Source of the DNA: Raillietiella orientalis
Taxonomy: Eukaryota
Direction of reading: 5' to 3'
Length of the DNA stretch: 64,000 nt
Assembly (NCBI GenBank): GCA_036172245.1
Contig: JAYWIR010000018.1
Span: forward strand, 744,001-808,000
The notes under the pieces are model-generated. The model was not told the origin of the DNA and made no database searches. It was given only the letters and a program-made list of their open reading frames with translations. Position numbers and translations under genes: made by a program. Every line of letters starts with the position of its first letter. Position 1 is the stretch's first letter. Shown piece by piece: positions 1 through 13,921 of this stretch.

Positions 1-560
1 TCTCTAGCAGGAGCTCCGATCACTCCGAGCAAAGATTGCGGGAGCGCTCGCGAAACCGTCTACACTGCTCCGATGTGACCGAACGGGAAGTTCTTTTCAG
101 AAAGCCGAACCGCCCTTCTGAGACAGAACAGTGGCTCCCGGGCAAGCCGTAGCCATCAATTGTATTGCTCACTGCATCGTCAAGAGGGCTCCGTCATCTC
201 GCGTCTCGACGACTGTGGACTCCTTCATCGAAAAATGCCTGCTATCCAGTGGATGAGCTCGAAATGCTGTGAGATGCAGCCCGGATAAAGAGGTTGACAG
301 AAGTAGCAACATTTCGCGTGCATAGGCTTCCACAGTCGGTGGGCAGCAATAGGTCGTAGGCAGGGTAGGCAGAGTAAACCTGTATCCATTCAGAACCAGC
401 CCGAAATAGATGCAGAGAAGCCAGCTGAGGTCCTACATGCAACAGCCAGCTGAGTTGCATTTTCGAAAGTTTCCGACGGATCGCATTCCACATATTACAT
501 GGAACCGAAAATGTAGCAAAAGTACCGGCGCATACATAGGCAATAAAGTGCACCGGGATA
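1..560 (+). mobile_element. Decayed 3' end of an L1/Tx1-like ORF2 (zinc-finger region), running off the left edge
   Basis: Bases ~34-80 read DCGSARETVY/(H)LLRC, a frameshifted CxxC...ETxxHLLxC motif. The segment is GC-rich relative to its flank and has AATAAA at ~542. Confidence 0.4.
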
Positions 561-1267
561 AAGAGGATTTTTATTGGATTTTTTTTTTTAATTTTGTAAC
601 AGAGTAAGATTTCGTGATTTCGCACTCACGGAATGCATATTGAGCAATCCTCCATCATTTGAAATCTTAGGCACATGAGTGTGCTCTTTATAGTTTCCTA
701 ATGAGGAAAAGCCACTCGGCATGCATTTGTAAGTCTTCCTAATACATACAAAACATTGCTTATACAACATATGGAGTGCACACACGCAATATGAAAGCTC
801 TCTTTCTGTCTTATCTGTTATTTCGTCCATGTATCAGTGCCATATCTCTCAATCGTGCAAACATAAGCTCTGATACGTCATGTATTGTAATACTTTCCGT
901 TTTCACGGAATCGTGAAAGTTCACAAGTCAACTCTCAAATCCTTTGTACTCATGAAGGCAATTTTGTCTGTCGAATTCTGAAGCAAACTCCACAACAAAA
1001 TCACAGTGAAAAAAAATATCGTTTGGTGAGAACTTGACTTGTCACCAACTTCTTTTTCAAGTTTTTCATCAAGTTTATGAGGGCATAAGAAGGTAAGTGT
1101 AGGCATATGTTTCCAAGTGTATGTAGTGTACACTGAAAACTGCGAAAAAGTAAACATTAAAAAAAGAAAAAACAGTTCAAGTCCATTGAATGACTTTTCT
1201 GCAACAAGATATACTTTTAATTTCTGGATTGTGAGGTGTGTTCACAAAAACTTTGATCATCCTGTTG

Positions 1268-2602
1268 CTATTCTGCATTTGTATGACAGGAATCATCAGA
1301 TGCTAAATCCATAATTTCTGAACTGTGGTTCTTAGAAGACTCCAATTTGTCATACAAAACAAGTTCTGGCTCTTCAGGAAAGTGATCTAGAATTATCAAG
1401 CCACATGTGCTCATGGAGTCTAAATCTTCTATAAAACCAAACCAATAGATCACCATGCCACTACCAAATCTATGACATTTCTCAGCTATTTCTCGGTCTT
1501 TCCTTTCTTCACCTGTTAATGTATGCCCAGTATTGCTCCTGTAGGTAACTGCGATGCTTTGAGTCATCACCGAAAGAAGCTTTACTTTCTATCCAGTTGA
1601 TGGGTGTTTCTTGGTATGCTGCAACAAACACTAGAGACTATTTGATGAAATACTTTGCTGCACCAAAAGGAATCTGCAAGCGCACATCTGGAGTTTTATC
1701 ATAGCCTTGTTGGAGAAGCTGCTTCTGATCTAGAAAAGGAACACCCATACGATTCAGATAGTTTTGTAGCTTGTGCTCATAATACTCTCCCATTTCCCTG
1801 AAACGAAAATTTTCTCATAGGAAAAGATGTTAATTACTTACTGCTTAATGTAATCAGTATATGGTCCATAGGAGTCATTTTCCAGTGATGCCTACAAATG
1901 AAACTACAGGACTTGTTGCAAATTCATTAGCTTACCAACCACACATCATAAGCCAAATGGGGATCTTCAATCAACTGAGGATTCTTTATCAACTTGCTGA
2001 CCTGTTTCTTAGAAACTGCAGCACATGAAACCTGCGACACAAATCTCCATACCTGAAGATTCAGGAGACTGCTCTTTTAATCTTCTTTCAAGAATGCTCC
2101 TACTAAGAAGTATAGCAGGAAAATGATTCTGTTGTCCTATTGACAGCAGTGAGCCAACATTCCAATTTTCACTAGTCTTCCTCTCATACCTATTTAGGCA
2201 AATACGTTAACGGGTACTTGATACAATAACTTTTTGCAAACTGATACCCAGAATTACTTTCTCAAGTTAATGATTCCATATTTCAAAGGCATATTTTCAA
2301 ATTATAAACCGACATAAAAATGAAATGTAGACACCACTTACTCATCGATCAATAAATCTAGCTTCTTGAACTTAATCTTGGGCACAAGTTTCTTCACGTG
2401 GCTTTCGTATTCTTGATTTATTATTTGGTGTAACACATCTTCGCGAATACTGCCGTTGGATTTTTGGTTAAATGCTTAGATTTCAAGGCACTTACTGAGG
2501 AAACTGTTCCTTGCATTTTTCGTGGACAACAAATGAATAATGTTGCTGCTGCGACCGAATGAAGCTTATTATGTCATTATATTCACTGCGTTTCAAAATC
2601 AT
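1268..2602 (-). CDS. CDIN1: CDAN1-interacting nuclease 1 (C15orf41 family), 8 coding exons
   Basis: Exons: 2602-2496, 2449-2342, 2189-2053, 2015-1936, 1891-1842, 1797-1664, 1618-1513, 1469-1268, all GT-AG and in phase. The product [12 protein letters not shown]...[12 protein letters not shown]...[14 protein letters not shown]...[46 protein letters not shown] matches the remembered human motifs [17 protein letters not shown] and NRFGPGLVIYWYGFI. Confidence 0.95.
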
Positions 2603-3952
2603 TACTCCATCAAAATTCTCCGTTAATATCACAACAACCGCTACCACTTCACAGGTCGTCCCACTGAGAAAGCAGCAAATATGCTGAATGTCGATTATAA
2701 AAAAAAAAAAAAAAAAAAATGTTGGAAGCAAAGGGGCTCATTTGAAAACCAACCTGTTCGCTGGCTCCAAAATTTGCACGTAGGGCTTCGTCCCGAAGAT
2801 CACAGCCTCCACTTCCGAGGCTGCAAATGCAAAGTTGGAGGGATCGAGCGGACCGTTCAGCTCGCACACGAAATGATTTCCCCAGCTGAACCCATTGGGC
2901 ACTGAATTCCGTTCAGACGTACATTCAAAGAAAGCAAAGGGCGGCAAAAATATGGCGAAGGCACGAGCAAAATGGGAAGGATGTTCCTCTCGGGAACATC
3001 TTCCTGCTAAGGTCAGGCACACGAGATGCTCGAGTCCTCAACGGAAGTTTTACACACAAAGGCCTGAAATCCTTCTGGAAGAGGAGCTTGGAGGAGGAAA
3101 ACCGAGATTCGATTATATAAATCACACGTGTTTTGAAAGTATGCTTCTGCGAGGCACTGAAAATGGTCTCCACTGCATGAGGGAAAACGAACCCTTCATT
3201 TTCAAGAAACAACCTTTGGCTTCCTTCCGACTCATTTCTTTTAATCCTGTGGAACGTACTCGCTTGAAAGCAGCGGGCAACGACAGCAGCAAAAGGTAGA
3301 ACTTCCAAAGTTTGGAAGTTTTTTTTTATAAAGGAGTAAATTTCAACCGCAGGCAGGAATTACTGAAATTTCATTACGATGCTAAATCACCATTGGCAAC
3401 TTATAATGAATGATAATTTCTAACTGCTCCAAACTCCTCTTTTCTAGCTTGGATGTTCAACCTTTTTGAAGAAGACTGTTCACAACTAAATGAAAAAGTA
3501 CTGGAGGCTATATGTTTGGAGTTTACACTGATACAGAGTCCATTGAATCATTGAGACAAATATGTATTTTCACTCATAGTAAAAGTTGTTTTCAGTTTTA
3601 GAGTTAACCTGGCCCTATACTACAAATTAGATGGGGATTAGATGTATGAATGCAATAAAATCAAGAAACAATGCCAAATTTGAAATTCAAACAAATACAC
3701 GGACCGGAGTCAGTTTTAATTCATCTTTTATGATAAACCAAAAACTACCCCTGAAATAACTTGATCTCTCAGAAAAAAATAAACTCCAGGAATACCGTGC
3801 ACCTAATTTTTAAAACAGAAATGTGCAATCTTCAGCTGACCCAATTTCCTAATTCTTATTCATGCTCAAGCATTTTATATCTCGCCATCTTCAGTAGCCC
3901 TCATCTTTCGAAAATTTAGCAAATTTTAGGATGGACTCAGATAAGAAAATTC

Positions 3953-5828
3953 ATCACCCGGATATGCCGGAGCATTTATTATTAAAGTTTTAATACAAAA
4001 TTTTATAATAAAGACGACAATAATGTTTCTATCGTGATAGAACACTTGGTTCTACCACGCTGGAAGACTTGCCATGAACCGGTACTAAGACCGGTGAGGT
4101 CCTCTCCAGCTGCAAAGGGAAAGGGGAAAGACAAACAAAAAGGAAAACAAAAAGAATGAAAAAAGGAAGGGGAATGTTTTTGGGGAAAGGGAGGGAATGG
4201 ATCACTGCATGCCAGGATTGGTCCTCTGCATACTGCTATGGATGCTGACAAATGCTGCTTTAGTGTTCTTTCGGTGGGGCCACCTTGTTGCGGTCTCCGA
4301 AAAGATCATCGTCCAGTGGATGGCGTCCCTGCCTTTTTGGCCTCTTCTTTTAGCGTTCCACCTTGCCAGGATACCGCGAACACCGCAGAGAACTGCAAGA
4401 GACTCAGCGGGGGGTAGGGCATCACGCATGAAGAGGTGCCTGAAAATGTCTTTCGGGTCGCCTACTGGAATATTGAGGATAGACGAGAGTCAATCCTAAG
4501 GTTCCACGAGGACGACACACTCTATCAGAAGATGCGGGAAGGTTTCCTTTTCGCCACACTCTGTAAAACAGGCATCTACATTCCCTAGTGTCCAGTGAGA
4601 GAGGCGAGATCTGCAGAGGATTCCCCAACGCAGGAATAGCAACGCCGTCTCTTGCCACTTCATCGGAAGGGTGACATTATCCCAACACGCTGGGGGCCAT
4701 TTCACCTCCTCCGGAGGTATTGCGAGCAGCTCGCCTCAGAGCGCAAGTCCTTAAGGCGGGAACTCTCGGGGTCGTAGCGTCCGCCAGCTCCCCAGTTGTC
4801 CACGCCTTTAACGATTTTTTCCTGCCTCCCATGAGTCAGGACACTTCCCACATTGTCTGTTCGTCGCTGTCCCTAACGTGTTTGAGGGGGGGGGGCAGCA
4901 CTGGGGCAAGAGGGGTAAAATAAGCCCACAGCAGCTTACGGTGATTGTTTAAAATCTCCTGCAGGGGCTGACGAGAGTATCTTCCACGTCGGTGGCAGTT
5001 GTAATCCGCCTCGCTCGAGTTGTTGATCTTGGCCCACACGGAAACCGACTCCTGAAGCCAGGCATTGCAGTTCGCGGGCCGGTAGGAGATCCACGTGTTC
5101 TCCCTCAGCAAGGCAACCATCTGTCGCACCTGATGACCACAATGGTTCAGGCGACTTTCGCATGCCACGAGGATCGAAGACAATCCTTCGCAACCGGTCG
5201 CTTCGCTGGCGAGGAGTCGTGCGGGTTCGCACCATGGAGTGATCCACAACTTCGCCGCAAGGGCGAGTCTTTGAAATTCGAGCCGCCGCTCTATGTACTC
5301 CAACGTAAGGAGGCCCAGTCCACCGTCCCTGCGTGGAGCGCACAAGTCTTTCAAGCGGACACGGGACCTCCCTGTGCTCCAAAGGGCATTCCTCAGAAGG
5401 CCCCCGGTCCATCTTTTGATGATGGGCGGGGCGGGGCAAACAAAAAGTAAGGGGCGAAGGAGGGGGGCCACGAACGCGTTCCACATCGCGGCCCGTTCCT
5501 GCAAGTAAAACTTGCCATTCCGGAACGGGCCGATCGCCAACTCCACCTTTTGGAGACGTGGGACCAGGTTTCTGCAAAGCAGAAGTCTCCCAACGAAACG
5601 CCAAGGTACTTGATGTACCTGTCCGTGGGGATCCCCACGCGGATCCAGTCCGGCAGTCCGGCCCACGCAGTATTTACAGGAACTATCGTCGATTTCTCTC
5701 TGTTCACCTCTAGGCCCGTCCCGCGGTGCAGCAGCTCAAAGAAGTCTTCGAGCGCCGACCCTGGGGTGGACCCGGGGAGCAGGAGCAGAAGGTCGTCGGC
5801 ATAGGCCAACGGACAAGCAAGTGAGACG
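3953..5828 (-). mobile_element. 5'-truncated L1/Tx1-like non-LTR retrotransposon (RT YADD to 3' end) with candidate target-site duplication
   Basis: Reads LAYADDLLLL...GTGLEVNREKS...IKYLGV...RRDGGLGL...C..CGEKETFPHLLIEC with frameshifts, followed by a T-rich tract and the structured 3' tail. Flanked on the + strand by taagaaaattc (3942-3952) and taagaaaaattc (5829-5840). Confidence 0.9.
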
Positions 5829-6734
5829 TAAGAAAAATTCGAAAAGTCATCCGACCCAATCCAAGCTATATTAGCAAGTTTCATCTTAATAAAAAATCAT
5901 TTCCCTTTGGTTATATGAAATAAGAGTATTTCATCGAATCAGTTATTGCACTTTTAGTCTCCTTACAAATGTGCTGTGTGTCGACTTGCAATGAGAACTA
6001 TTTTCACGAATTTCTGACAGTCAATACTTTAATCTGAAGTAGGTATTGAAAACTAAAATTCTGCCACAAAAAATTAAACGCTTACGATTGCGAGATAGAC
6101 TTCAATTTTGGAATCCAAAATTACCATTTCGTTGGCACATAGTCAAAACAAACAAACAAACATAATCGGCAACTGCATGGAAAGGCATTTACGACGGCAC
6201 AATTTCGATATTTGGACACTGATCGCAGAAACTTGCCTGAAACGAAATTGCGAAATGGGAAAAATAACAGAAAGAAGTTGCAGTTTCAGTGCTACAAAAG
6301 CACAGAATTTTAAAAGAAAAAAAATACGCAAACAAGATTTAGGATAATACAAATGAAGTTGGTTAATCTTTGCAGCTTACGAGGCGTGCAAATTTAGCCA
6401 ATTTACGGAATTAAACGCTAGTGTATAATTAAGTAGTGAAATTTTCGATAATTGATCAACATAGAAGTTTTCTGTGTTATCAACAGAACATCTCCCTCTG
6501 TTTTGCGTGTAAAGTGTTGAAACAGCCATAAGCTCTCACGCCGGTGCTTCTCGACTTTGGCACTTGGTCTTTGTTCCTAGAAATCCTACTTTTAAAGAAC
6601 ATTCCTGTGGTACCAACCTACTTTTAAAAAGTTACTTTTCGATATAAGCGAAATAAGTTTGTGAAATTTCCTACTCCACACGACCTTTCCACGTGGTCTA
6701 TATTAGGTGGTCACATTGTGGCTACCAATAGGGG

Positions 6735-6752
6735 ACACACACACACACACAC
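6735..6752. repeat. (AC)n microsatellite
   Basis: acacacacacacacacac read directly. Confidence 0.9.
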
Positions 6753-7912
6753 AGCTGAGAGCAGTGTGTTCGACACACAAAAGCGTGCAATCCACAGACG
6801 TGAAATCCTGGGTGAAGTTCCACCGTGGAACCACCAGAAATACCGTTAAGGGCCGTTTCAATGCTGGGCAAGGCGGAAACTGAAATACATGAAATCAACC
6901 TCCGCACTGTCTCAATCATGTTTTGGATGCAGATGCATCTTTTGAATGAGTTTACTTGAGCAATGCATCGCAGTAGTCGATCCTTTCAGGCAACAGGAAC
7001 AACAGGTTGAGGTGTTTGCAAATGCTCATGCCACGCTCACAACCTGATTTGAAATGTTTTCAAAACTGCATCACAACACCCTTGATGTGCCCACCACAAC
7101 CACAAGGCTTTTTCAACCCGCAAATCTTGCAGGGCAACCTTCATTGAGAATTTCAAGCCCGTATACGTGTTTCTTTTGACTTTCTGCAAGGAACAAGTAC
7201 TCGGAGGTCGAAAGTGGTTGGTACTCGAGAAACACTCTCCGTTTCTAAATATATACAATACTGAGAAAAGCTTCTCAGGTCAATTTCCGGTATAACCCAA
7301 CTCGGGGTACATTTGCTGAATTAAGCTTCATAAGCATGATTAGCAACACGTATTTGTCATGACCATCAAGACTTGCCTGCCACTAAAAATTTGGAATCTG
7401 ATAATCATGGCAAACGATTTTCGGTAACTCAAATGCTTTAATTATTACCGCAACATTTTACCAAGTAGGCAACGGACATAAATTCTTTGGAGGTGGACAC
7501 AATAATCTGGAGCCATATATACTGTATTCGATATTTAATTTACTTTCACACCTACCATCAATGTGGTTCCTCAGAATCTGTCTTAAGAATGAAAAGCAGA
7601 CAATTTGGTGAAAACATTTCATGACATCTTTCATCATATTGGCCAATATTCGCATTCATACATGAATACAAATAATAATTCCTATATTTACTTTTAAGAA
7701 TCTTAATTTCAATAACATAAAGAACATTCAGTGTACAAGTATCCACTTTAGAAGCTTTAATCCAAATCAATCCAGCTCAAATACAAAAACCCACAATTAA
7801 GGTAACATATCTTTTAAATACAGATTGACAAACTATCTATGGAGAACGTCTTTACTGTAGTTTCCCAAACTCATTTCATGGTTATAAAATGTGAAAAACA
7901 GCACTTGTGCTT

Positions 7913-10900
7913 TTAAGATTGTGCTTTCAAAGCTGAAATTTTTGCCGTCAATTCCTCCAAGTTCTTGTTCATGACTTCCATATTTTCCTGGATGCTCTGT
8001 TGTATGTTATTTAATAGAACTTGATCATCCTGCAAGGACAGCTGAAGTTTCTGCTGAGTGAGATCTACCTGTTTCAAAGTACTGCTGAACAAGGAGGCTA
8101 CATCACTGTAAACTGTCAATACTTATATAAAGTTTACCTTGCTCGTGAAGATTTTGGAGTGTAACTAATCGATCTGCAATTAATGGAAGAGATGCACACA
8201 TCTCAGCACAGGAATTCAACATAGAATACATCTCCATCAACTGAACAAACAGAATCTTAGTAGATAATGCAGTAGCGTAAGTCTTACTTTAGTTTGTTTA
8301 TCAGCATCTTCAATGGATTGTTTATTTTCAGCAATGTGTTGGATATGTGAACCAAGCAGTTGCAATCTTCCTTCAATTAAGTCAATCTGAGAAGGATCAA
8401 GTAGAGTTAATTTGGAGCTAATTACAGATACAGCTCCCAAGAGGCTTCTGTGATTAGTGTCGATGGAAAGCAGATTCTGCTGATTCATATTTCATGCATT
8501 CATAGTTTTCCCTCACCAATGAATTGTCTGGTTCTCCAATTATTTTTTCCAACTTGCTTAAACGTTGCTCCAGAGCAACCAATGTTTCTGTTTGTTCTAG
8601 CTTTGCACACTCAGGCTTGTAACGAAGTTCATAGACAATTTTTCCTGATTCTTCATGAGTTTTCAGCGATTCTGACTGATCATCGCTTTTAAGTGCCTCA
8701 AGATGAGAAATGAGCTGACTGAATGAATGCATAGTAACAAGTAGCACTTAACAAGACAACCTTTGTTGTAGTTTTTCCTTACTGGTCAAGAATCCTGAAA
8801 AATCTGCATTTAACACTGATTGCAGCTGAACTTCCATTAACCGATTGCGCAACTGTTCTACTTGTTGATAGAGTTCAGAAGGGGTTTCATCTTGTTTATG
8901 GGAGTCTATCTGAAAATACTTCATGTGAAAATAATTCATACATGTCATGTTACTCATTGTATCCAATCTCAAGGCAAGTACCTATAACTTCGTGCATTAC
9001 CAGTATTCAAAGAAAAAAAAAAAAAAGATATAACCTTTTCTTGGGCCAATGCATGTAGAAAACCATCGATTTCCGAACGGAGCCTCTGATATTTTTCCAG
9101 TAAAGACTCTTGTTGAGAATTAGCAGTCAGTTCCACCTCGGTAGATCTGTGTAATGCATAAGTTAGTATCCCCATTTGGATTATGAACATCACACTCACA
9201 CTAGTAAACAATCAGGTTTTCTTTGATAAGTACGGTAAATACGGTAAAGTGTTAAATTTTCAAAGATATATAATCAACAAGTAGGCTAATACAGGCATCT
9301 TCCTGTTCATTGTGTCATTACAGTGTTTTAACTGCATTTCAATGTAAGCTATACTATGCAGCATCTTTGTAATCTTGATCAAATATGATCTTGCTTCAGA
9401 AATGCTAAGTTTGAAATCTTTTCCTGGACAAGTTGTGGCAAAATTGAAGCATTTTCATACCGCAAAACACTAAGATTACAGCAGCTGGTTTTGTAGCGGG
9501 TTCCAAATAACTCGGACCAAGCAGACAAATCTTAGGGTAAGTTCAGCAGATACGATAATTCCTTTAATACTAGTTCTCGAGTTCACTAAATTTGAAAGGC
9601 AATGCGTTCTAGGCACACATCTTGGTTATAATATAATAACATTCACACTACATAACTACTGCCAGCTCTTCACAACATTCTTATTCAAATTACATATGAT
9701 TAAAGGGTTCATGTTAATTTTAACTAAAATTACTTTTTGGTTTGCCATCTTCACACGTAATTAAAAGAAGAAAATTAACATTATCAGTTGAACAGACAGA
9801 CCTACTTTTGTGTGCCAATAATCGGAACTGCACTACTTCACAATTAGGCATGCATTGCTTCAATGTACGTACCATACCACTTTTCAAAACACAAATCTTA
9901 TAAGTCACTTGATTTGTATGAATGCAAGTTCCATTTGGGATTTTATATGTGCATGAGTATTTTTGACCTTCAAGTGAAACAAGTGTCCACTTGTTTGCAC
10001 CTACTATGATTCTAAATTGATTTTAGAAGCTCTTGCTTCTAAAATCGGTTTCAATATAATTCGATTTAGGATTCTTCTGTTGAATTTGATTATAAGCATC
10101 ATAAACATGATTTGCAACACATATTTGTGATGTACTTTTATTGAACTTCACAGTATTGAGCTTTGTTAACTGCTTAGAATTTGTTTCTGTATTATACTAA
10201 GTACTTTGGAGCATTAATCTTTTCTTCAGGGAATAGTTTTCCCAACAGAACTATCCACTTTCTCATTTTCAAGTTTTCTCCTGCAATGTTTTGAATTGTT
10301 TATTGTGGATATTTTGTGTGACCTTCATGATTAAAGTATCTAGGAACTGTTTTTTTCATCATCTTCAAGCTTTCGACAACTTCCTTAATTTTTTTTTTTT
10401 TTTTTGGCATACACTTTCACAGAGATGTTTTATTAATTCGAGATATTCTGTTCTAGATTTGGATGTTGCTGATTCCATGATTTCCTAATATTTCAATACT
10501 GCCTATTCAAAGTTAATTGTTAGTATTCTCATAATTGATTCTGGCATATTTTATCCAAAGTCTGCTTTGAACCATGCCATAATCTTTAAGGTAGTTAAAG
10601 CAATCCATTTTGATAACACCAAATTTTGCATCAAATGTTGCCATTCTGCGAATGAATCAATTTACTGAAAAAGTACAAACAAACGACTATAACAAACGCT
10701 CATGATCTAAAGCAGAGATTCATTCTGATTTTAATCTCCTCATTAGCAATACAATTCCAAATAAAGCCCATTATTCAAAGAATGTCACTAAAATTAGGAC
10801 TACATTGAAAAACAAACCAAAACCCAGACTTCAGGCACCATTCTGATCTTTATTTGGAAAAATGCATACAAAGTCTCATACAGAGTTCATGCCTACATAA

Positions 10901-13900
10901 TTTCTAGGCACACATTAATGATCCTGTAACTGCTGCTTTCTCCGATTACACCAAATAAATCATCTATTTCAAAGAGATATAATTATATATATACATGTAT
11001 ATAAACTCGAAAAACTTGTAATCTGCTTTAGCATGATACATTGTGTTACATTATTGATCTGCAATCTCTTTCACTTCTTACCTCTTTCACTGATGCATCT
11101 ATAGATGCTTTTATGCACTTCATCGTCCTTTATTTTGTCTTTGTGCTCATCTTAATTTTAATGGAAGCTAATTTACTAATGCTTCCTTATCATATAATCT
11201 TTATTTATTTGTTTATTTTTCTTCACTCTCTTTATTTCGTGCATTGTTGCACTGTTATTGATCACATGCCTTGCTTGCTTTTATTTCCTTGTGTTCAAAT
11301 CAAGCATAAGAGGTTAAGATCAAAAAAAGTTTATACTGTTTATTACAATAGTTCGAAATTTCATATCCTTTGTGGTTCTCCAGATTGAAGGCTTTGCGTA
11401 ATTTTTTTTTTAGTCTTACTTGATGCTACTGGAAAAGATGCTGTGGATTTTTTAAACAATCTAGGTTTACAAAGCAACTTCTGTTAGTTCACAGACTTTT
11501 TTCTAGAAAATTAACTGCGTGGAAAATTAACAAGGTGTGGTAATTTGCCATTCAAAGTTTTCTTGAATATTCGATTCACAATATGTTCATGTTTAAAAAA
11601 AATCTGCTGATTTATATTTCCTTTATGATTACAACACGCTATTATGAAAGCATATTTCCTGTTATTGAGAAATCATAACAAATCACCGATTATGCTAAGC
11701 TGTAATAAAAAACCAGTGTATCTGCAAACTGATTCTCTTCAGCCAAATAAGTTTCCTGGCAACATGTTTCTGAAGCACAACTCAACAGACCATCAAGAAT
11801 TTGTCAATTGAGAAAACCCATGACAAATCATAATAACAGATATAACTGATGTTTAAAGTGCCTTTGAACGTCAGTTATATGTGCAGGTCTGAAAAGCATA
11901 CAGTTGTACAAACAAATAACTTTTGATAAATAAAAATTCCCTATAAGTGAATACTAATCAACATAAAATAAATGCAAATGAACAAGCAATGAATAAAATG
12001 AAGAATTAGTGCAATAAATAAATTACTATAATATGATGCTAAAATTAGCATTGTTTGTAGGTGCTGAATACATTGCATATGTAATTCCGTTTTGACAAAT
12101 AATGCAGACATTGCTATGATCTAAAACTAATACCATGCAAAGGAATGGAAAAAGGTCATTAAGAACAAACAGATGGGAAAATTAAGATGGGGAATTCAAA
12201 AAACCACATGACCCAGAATAAGATTCATATGGTTTGCTCTCAATGGTTGATTTACAATTCTTCTTATCATTTCCTGATATATGGATGCATGCGAATTGCA
12301 ATCAAATAAGTTCCAGCCATTCCAATTGCCTTTTGAATTACATATTGCTTATTGACAATTACTTTCAAATCCTCCCCAAATACTTGTCTCACATCCTCTG
12401 TAATGTCATGTCATTGGCAATTTTGCATCTAACATATCCTTTCACTACTATCATGCATTAGTAAACTTTGCACAAAATAGTAAACCTCTCTCTAATAACA
12501 AACCACATTCCAAATCTCCTAACAAACTTTACTCACATTTCAAATCAAACATGATAATCATACATTCTCAAGTAGCAATATTGATATTAGTTGGTTTGTA
12601 TACACGAAAAAAAGACTTTATGGAACTGATACAACACTGTCCTCCAATAAAATAATACATTTTTAAATAACAGGGCTAGTTTTTGTTTCTGCCACAAACC
12701 AAATGCACGATTGAATCACATGAAACATTTGTTCAGCTTTACTTAAAAAGTGATTATAAATTATAATCACCAAAGTATTGAATACTCTGAATATCATGAA
12801 AGATAAGATAGTACAGTGTACAACAGTAAAGTGCTAATTTTCTGGAGAGAGAGAGAGAAAAAAAAAAACACTTTACGTGATTCTTCGCATATTACTTTTC
12901 AGAAGAAAACAAAACTTCAAATGATACCAAATGATTACACAAAAGATAGACTGTCACATTTTTTTTATAATCAATTGCTATGCTACAACAGAAATATTAT
13001 AAACAAAAATAAACATTCTTACTATTTATCAATGCAAACACTGGATATGCTTACTTGGAATTATATCCTCTCTTAACTTGGCTGGAAAGGTGATCTGAGA
13101 AATCCACCCCTGCTGAATCAAGCTTTTTATCTTTAAATTTCTCATACGCCTCTTGAGCTGTTATGTTCAAGTTCTCAACTGAGTCTGCATCACTGTGCTA
13201 GTTATGTATTATAACATATGTTAGAAATAAAAACCTACTATTAATCTTCAAAACTTCACATTTATTTCAAATAAAATACAAACTTTAGAATCCCTTACGG
13301 CACATAATGAACCAAAAAAATTTATAAGAATCTCCGAATAAATGTAAAACTCAAAGCTCTTTGAAGAAAATGTAGGCTCAAGTTATAAATCTTCTACTTT
13401 AAAAAATATAGATGACATTTGGAAAACCGGGAAATCTCGAGTTTTTAAATTACCACTAAACTTCCTTAGTTAACATCACACAGTAAAGTAGAATAATGGG
13501 CTGCAAATCATTACTAACTATGGCCAAAATGACTTACTGTGTTATAAATCAATGATTGGTCCGCCTCTGGAAGATCAAAAGTTTCGTAGACGTCGGGTTG
13601 ATCATAAGCCTGTAAATATACTCTCTAGAGTACATACTTCAGTACATGTTTATGCACAATATTCACATCCTTTCCCTATGTCCGAATGCAATTTTCGGTT
13701 ACATACATCTCTATTCAACGGTAACATTCCTAGATCTTAAAAGATTACCTAAATTAATGTAAGTGAAATATTTACGATCAATCAAAAAGGCAACCTTTAC
13801 AAATTAAGCTTAATGCAGAACAACCCAAGTATACATGCGTTGCAAACCGAAGGCAGATATTAATATTTCTAAATGTTAGGCTTACAATCCCTGGCAATCC

Positions 13901-13921
13901 AGTGTATTTGGGGTCAACCAT
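7913..13921 (-). CDS. DCTN2: Dynactin subunit 2 (p50/dynamitin), 9 coding exons
   Basis: Exons: 13921-13886 (MVDPKYTGLPGI), 13609-13538 (AYDQPDVYETFDLPEADQ), 13197-13055 (AYEKFKDKKLDSAGVDFSD), 9146-9035 (ESLLEKYQRL), 8909-8761, 8718-8517 (IVYELRYKPE...LEQRLSKLEKIIG), ~8479-8288, 8240-8138 (DRLVTLQNLHEQ), 8097-7913. Introns are GT-AG and phases are consistent. Confidence 0.95.

Noticed and set aside
3300..3327. Bacterial rho-independent terminator
   Set aside because: The context is a spliced eukaryotic locus, the stem is AT-rich and no bacterial gene is recognisable.
6600..7330. Possible gene between the L1 copy and DCTN2
   Set aside because: Only short ORFs with stops in all frames and no recognisable motif.
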